DNA of 32,000 nucleotides, taken from NCBI RefSeq assembly GCF_000252995.1, contig NC_015761.1, positions 3,809,884-3,841,883 on the forward strand, written 5' to 3'. The translations under genes were made by a program, and so were the position numbers. Positions 30,897 to 32,000 of the stretch are shown here, one piece after another (position 1 is the first letter of the stretch; each line of letters starts with the position of its first letter). The notes beneath the pieces are model-generated. The model saw nothing but the letters and a program-made list of their open reading frames with translations, was not told the DNA's origin and ran no database searches. The stretch comes from Salmonella bongori NCTC 12419 (GTDB taxonomy: Bacteria; Pseudomonadota; Gammaproteobacteria; Enterobacterales; Enterobacteriaceae).

Positions 30897-31847
30897 ATGC
30901 TGAGCGCATTTCAACTGGAAAAAAACCGACTGACCCGGCTGGAAGTCGAGGAGTCACAAACCCTGATTGATGCCGTATGGATCGATCTGGTCGAACCGGA
31001 CGATGACGAGCGATTGCGCGTGCAGTCTGAGCTGGGCCAAAGTCTGGCGACACGTCCTGAACTGGAAGATATCGAAGCCTCTGCGCGCTTCTTTGAAGAT
31101 GAAGATGGGCTACACATTCACTCCTTCTTTTTCTTCGAAGATGCGGAGGATCACGCCGGTAACTCCACTGTGGCATTCACTATTCGCGATGGGCGTCTGT
31201 TTACGCTGCGTGAGCGCGAACTACCCGCCTTCCGTTTGTATCGTATGCGCGCCCGTAGCCAGGCGATGATTGACGGTAATGCTTACGAATTACTGCTCGA
31301 TCTGTTTGAAACTAAAATCGAACAACTGGCGGATGAAATTGAAAACATCTATAGCGATCTGGAAAAACTGAGCCGCGTGATTATGGAAGGGCATCAGGGA
31401 GATGAATACGACGAAGCGCTTTCCACACTGGCGGAGCTGGAAGATATCGGCTGGAAGGTTCGCCTGTGTTTGATGGATACCCAGCGCGCGCTAAACTTCC
31501 TGGTGCGCAAGGCACGTTTGCCGGGCGGACAGTTGGAGCAGGCACGCGAGATTCTACGAGATATCGAATCCCTGCTACCGCATAACGAATCACTGTTTCA
31601 GAAAGTAAACTTCCTGATGCAGGCGGCAATGGGGTTTATTAACATTGAGCAGAACCGGATTATCAAGATTTTCTCGGTGGTCTCTGTGGTCTTCCTGCCG
31701 CCAACGCTGGTGGCTTCCAGCTACGGCATGAACTTTGAGTTCATGCCGGAACTGAAGTGGAGCTTTGGCTATCCCGGTGCGATTATTTTTATGATCCTTG
31801 CCGGGCTGGCACCGTATCTCTACTTTAAGCGTAAGAACTGGCTGTGA
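30897..31847 (+). CDS. corA: Mg2+/Co2+ transport protein CorA (316 aa)
   Basis: ATG at 30897 with GGGAG 8 nt upstream. [21 protein letters not shown]... matches the recalled CorA. The YGMNFE (GMN) motif lies before the last TM segment. The track GTG at 30882 adds 5 residues. Confidence 0.96.
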   Translation: MLSAFQLEKNRLTRLEVEESQTLIDAVWIDLVEPDDDERLRVQSELGQSLATRPELEDIEASARFFEDEDGLHIHSFFFFEDAEDHAGNSTVAFTIRDGRLFTLRERELPAFRLYRMRARSQAMIDGNAYELLLDLFETKIEQLADEIENIYSDLEKLSRVIMEGHQGDEYDEALSTLAELEDIGWKVRLCLMDTQRALNFLVRKARLPGGQLEQAREILRDIESLLPHNESLFQKVNFLMQAAMGFINIEQNRIIKIFSVVSVVFLPPTLVASSYGMNFEFMPELKWSFGYPGAIIFMILAGLAPYLYFKRKNWL

Positions 31848-31854
31848 TTTTAAT

Positions 31855-31887
31855 GCCGCCGGATGGTGTTTCGCTTATCCGGCCTAC
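31855..31887. repeat. REP element downstream of corA
   Basis: GCCGCCGGATGGTGTTTCGCTTATCCGGCCTAC is a canonical REP palindrome (CCGGAT...ATCCGG). Confidence 0.75.
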
Positions 31888-32000
31888 CGTTCCAGCAGAA
31901 CGCCGAGTCATAGTGGTAGTTCATTTCAGCTACCGCTATGCTTTATGGATGGAAAACTCTCTCTATTTGTTTCTCGGGCGTTAACTGGAACTCATGCTCG

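Noticed and set aside
31943-32000. An open minus-strand frame entering from the right window edge (...EHEFQLTPEKQIERVFHP*), with stop at 31943-31945 and a nearby hairpin at 31913-31936.
   Set aside because: Only 18 codons are visible and I cannot identify the product. It may be the 3' end of the neighbouring convergent gene but is unsupported from this window alone.

Overview
This window looks like conserved enterobacterial core chromosome, most like Salmonella enterica. That call is an inference from gene order, REP type, and proteins that are near but not identical to the E. coli K-12 sequences I recall. Gene order: rho; the complete 12-gene enterobacterial common antigen (ECA) cluster wecA-wzzE-wecB-wecC-rffG-rffH-wecD-wecE-wzxE-wecF-wzyE-wecG; yifK; the argX-hisR-leuT-proM tRNA operon; the GlmZ small RNA; hemCDXY on the minus strand; cyaA; cyaY (minus); yifL(lptM)-dapF-yigA-xerC-yigB; uvrD; corA. 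All 29 protein genes appear intact and full length, and many ECA genes overlap by 1 or 4 nt (ATGA or TGATG junctions), which fits translational coupling. Several track ORFs are upstream in-frame extensions of the real genes, so I re-set the starts of rho, wecC, rffH, wecD, wecE, hemC, cyaA, uvrD and corA. I see no mobile element, CRISPR array, prophage remnant, defence-like cassette or orphan multi-gene block, and so no convincing evidence of a previously undescribed system here. What the ORF track does not explain is non-coding. This includes the glmZ sRNA with a sigma54-type promoter and TGTC-N10-GACA activator sites, and a long corA leader with a short ORF whose stop codon sits in a hairpin. 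It also includes a uvrD leader with a LexA box plus a REP-derived terminator-like hairpin, several intergenic hairpins and repeats, REP/BIME clusters, and an unusual acceptor end on tRNA-Arg(CCG). Most of these match published biology; a few small items are flagged only for checking.
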